From assembly GCA_028692765.1 (NCBI GenBank), contig JAQUWT010000004.1, positions 405-64,404 on the forward strand: a stretch of 64,000 nt of DNA, in the 5' to 3' direction. Both the position numbers and the translations under genes were made by a program. Below, piece by piece: positions 63,401 through 64,000 of this stretch (the stretch's first letter is position 1; every line of letters starts with the position of its first letter). The notes under the pieces are model-generated. The model saw nothing but the letters and a program-made list of their open reading frames with translations, was not told the DNA's origin and did not search any database. The DNA comes from Patescibacteria group bacterium. GTDB taxonomy: Bacteria > Patescibacteriota > Patescibacteriia > Patescibacteriales > UBA12465.

Positions 63401-63815
63401 ATGTGTTTGTATTATTAATTATTAATTGCTCTTCAGCTGGTAATAGTTTAGCCAGTTTCAAAGCGTGTTTTACTACTTCTGCCTGCGCAGGAGTTAGCTC
63501 GTCAGTATCTTCTATTTTAGAAGTTACTTCTATCTTGTCTTTAAACCTTGGATTGCGATGTCTAAGCCAAAAGCTAATCGCCGACCAATTTTTCTCCTTT
63601 ATCATCGTTAAGAGTTGGCTTTCACTCATATCATTTACCAAAGCCTCGCCTTCAGCTAAAGCTTCATCCATCACCTTGGAAAATTCTTTATCTTCTCGTT
63701 TCCAGCGATAAACACTATTGCGAGAGATGCCTGATTTTTCACAAGCGACTAAAACAATTGGCACTTTTTTAAGCTCATCAAAGAAGGCTTCTTGTAATCG
63801 GCTTTTTTTAGACAT
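63321..63815 (-). CDS. HTH protein, probable terminase small subunit
   Basis: 164 aa; N-terminal HTH ACEKSGISRNSVYRWKRE; sits directly upstream of and overlapping the terminase large subunit. Confidence 0.6.
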   Translation of the reverse strand: MSKKSRLQEAFFDELKKVPIVLVACEKSGISRNSVYRWKREDKEFSKVMDEALAEGEALVNDMSESQLLTMIKEKNWSAISFWLRHRNPRFKDKIEVTSKIEDTDELTPAQAEVVKHALKLAKLLPAEEQLIINNTNTYDSKQDDSTRDGGANDPGQENKNGDN

Positions 63816-64000
63816 GCTCCACCACCTCCTTTCTGCCTGTTAGTTTTCGATATCTCGCTATCGCCAGATCACAGAAAACTGGCTCAAGCTCCATGGCATA
63901 TACTTTTCTTTTTAGTTGTTCGCCAGCAATTATTGTGCTGGCTGATCCTGAGAAAGAATCAAGGATAATATCACCTGGCTTGGTACAGCGCCTTAAAGCC
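63808..64000 (-). CDS. DNA methyltransferase (N4/N6 family), C-terminal fragment cut by the window edge
   Basis: Translation ...PGDIILDSFSGSASTIIAGEQLKRKVYAMELEPVFCDLAIARYRKL. The stop overlaps the next gene's start (ATGTCTAA). Confidence 0.65.
   Translation of the reverse strand, partial: ALRRCTKPGDIILDSFSGSASTIIAGEQLKRKVYAMELEPVFCDLAIARYRKLTGRKEVVEHV

Larger units (their letters stand above)
59044..64000. mobile_element. prophage-like / integrated element, left part (continues beyond the window)
   Basis: Methylase, small and large terminase and serine integrase sit co-linearly on the minus strand. The region is clearly more AT-rich by eye than flanking housekeeping genes and lies next to a tRNA Arg-Asp-Ser cluster. 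The left boundary is uncertain, between 58767 and 60520. Confidence 0.6.

Noticed and set aside
1-64000. CRISPR arrays, rRNA genes, tmRNA, transposase/IS elements and known defence-system gene sets
   Set aside because: No spaced direct-repeat array, no rRNA-like or tmRNA-like (GGGG...CCACCA with tag ORF) sequence and no transposase ORF were seen. The only recombinase is the phage-type serine integrase.

Overview
The gene content looks like a streamlined, probably host-dependent bacterium, consistent with Candidate Phyla Radiation/Patescibacteria; that placement is inference only. Translation functions dominate. There are six aminoacyl-tRNA synthetases (TrpRS, PheRS alpha/beta, ValRS, GlyRS, ArgRS, TyrRS), 13 tRNA genes in five clusters, Der, Pth, YchF, TsaD, EF-P and an S6-SSB-S18 operon. 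Also present are TopA, a short UvrA, GlmS, envelope genes (LCP, VanW, O-antigen-ligase-like, GT39/ArnT-like), a Fur-peroxiredoxin-DUF2231 oxidative-stress trio and many small membrane hypotheticals. From about 59 kb to the window edge the sequence is visibly more AT-rich. That stretch carries a phage-like module: large serine recombinase, terminase large subunit, HTH small-terminase-like protein and a partial DNA methylase, next to a tRNA cluster. No CRISPR array was seen. Items most worth a second look, none claimed as an established new system: (1) a promoter, about 150-nt nested-helix leader and competing terminator in front of two zinc-ribbon membrane genes (58843-59030), riboswitch-like and unassigned. 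(2) Three orphan noncoding transcription units with their own promoter and terminator (7622-7769 minus, 22709-22915 minus, 42727-43127 plus). (3) A 1004-aa covalent tandem duplication of a PilB/GspE ATPase. (4) A 62-aa Lys/Ala-rich histone-H1-like gene made of three identical 51-bp repeats. (5) A TRAX/translin-like protein translationally coupled to a metallophosphoesterase. (6) An unknown two-gene operon with a perfect consensus promoter, encoding a secreted beta-rich protein with an outer-membrane-type C-terminus. (7) A T-box leader controlling a stand-alone trpB-trpS pair. All RNA and structure calls were made by eye and need covariance or folding checks.
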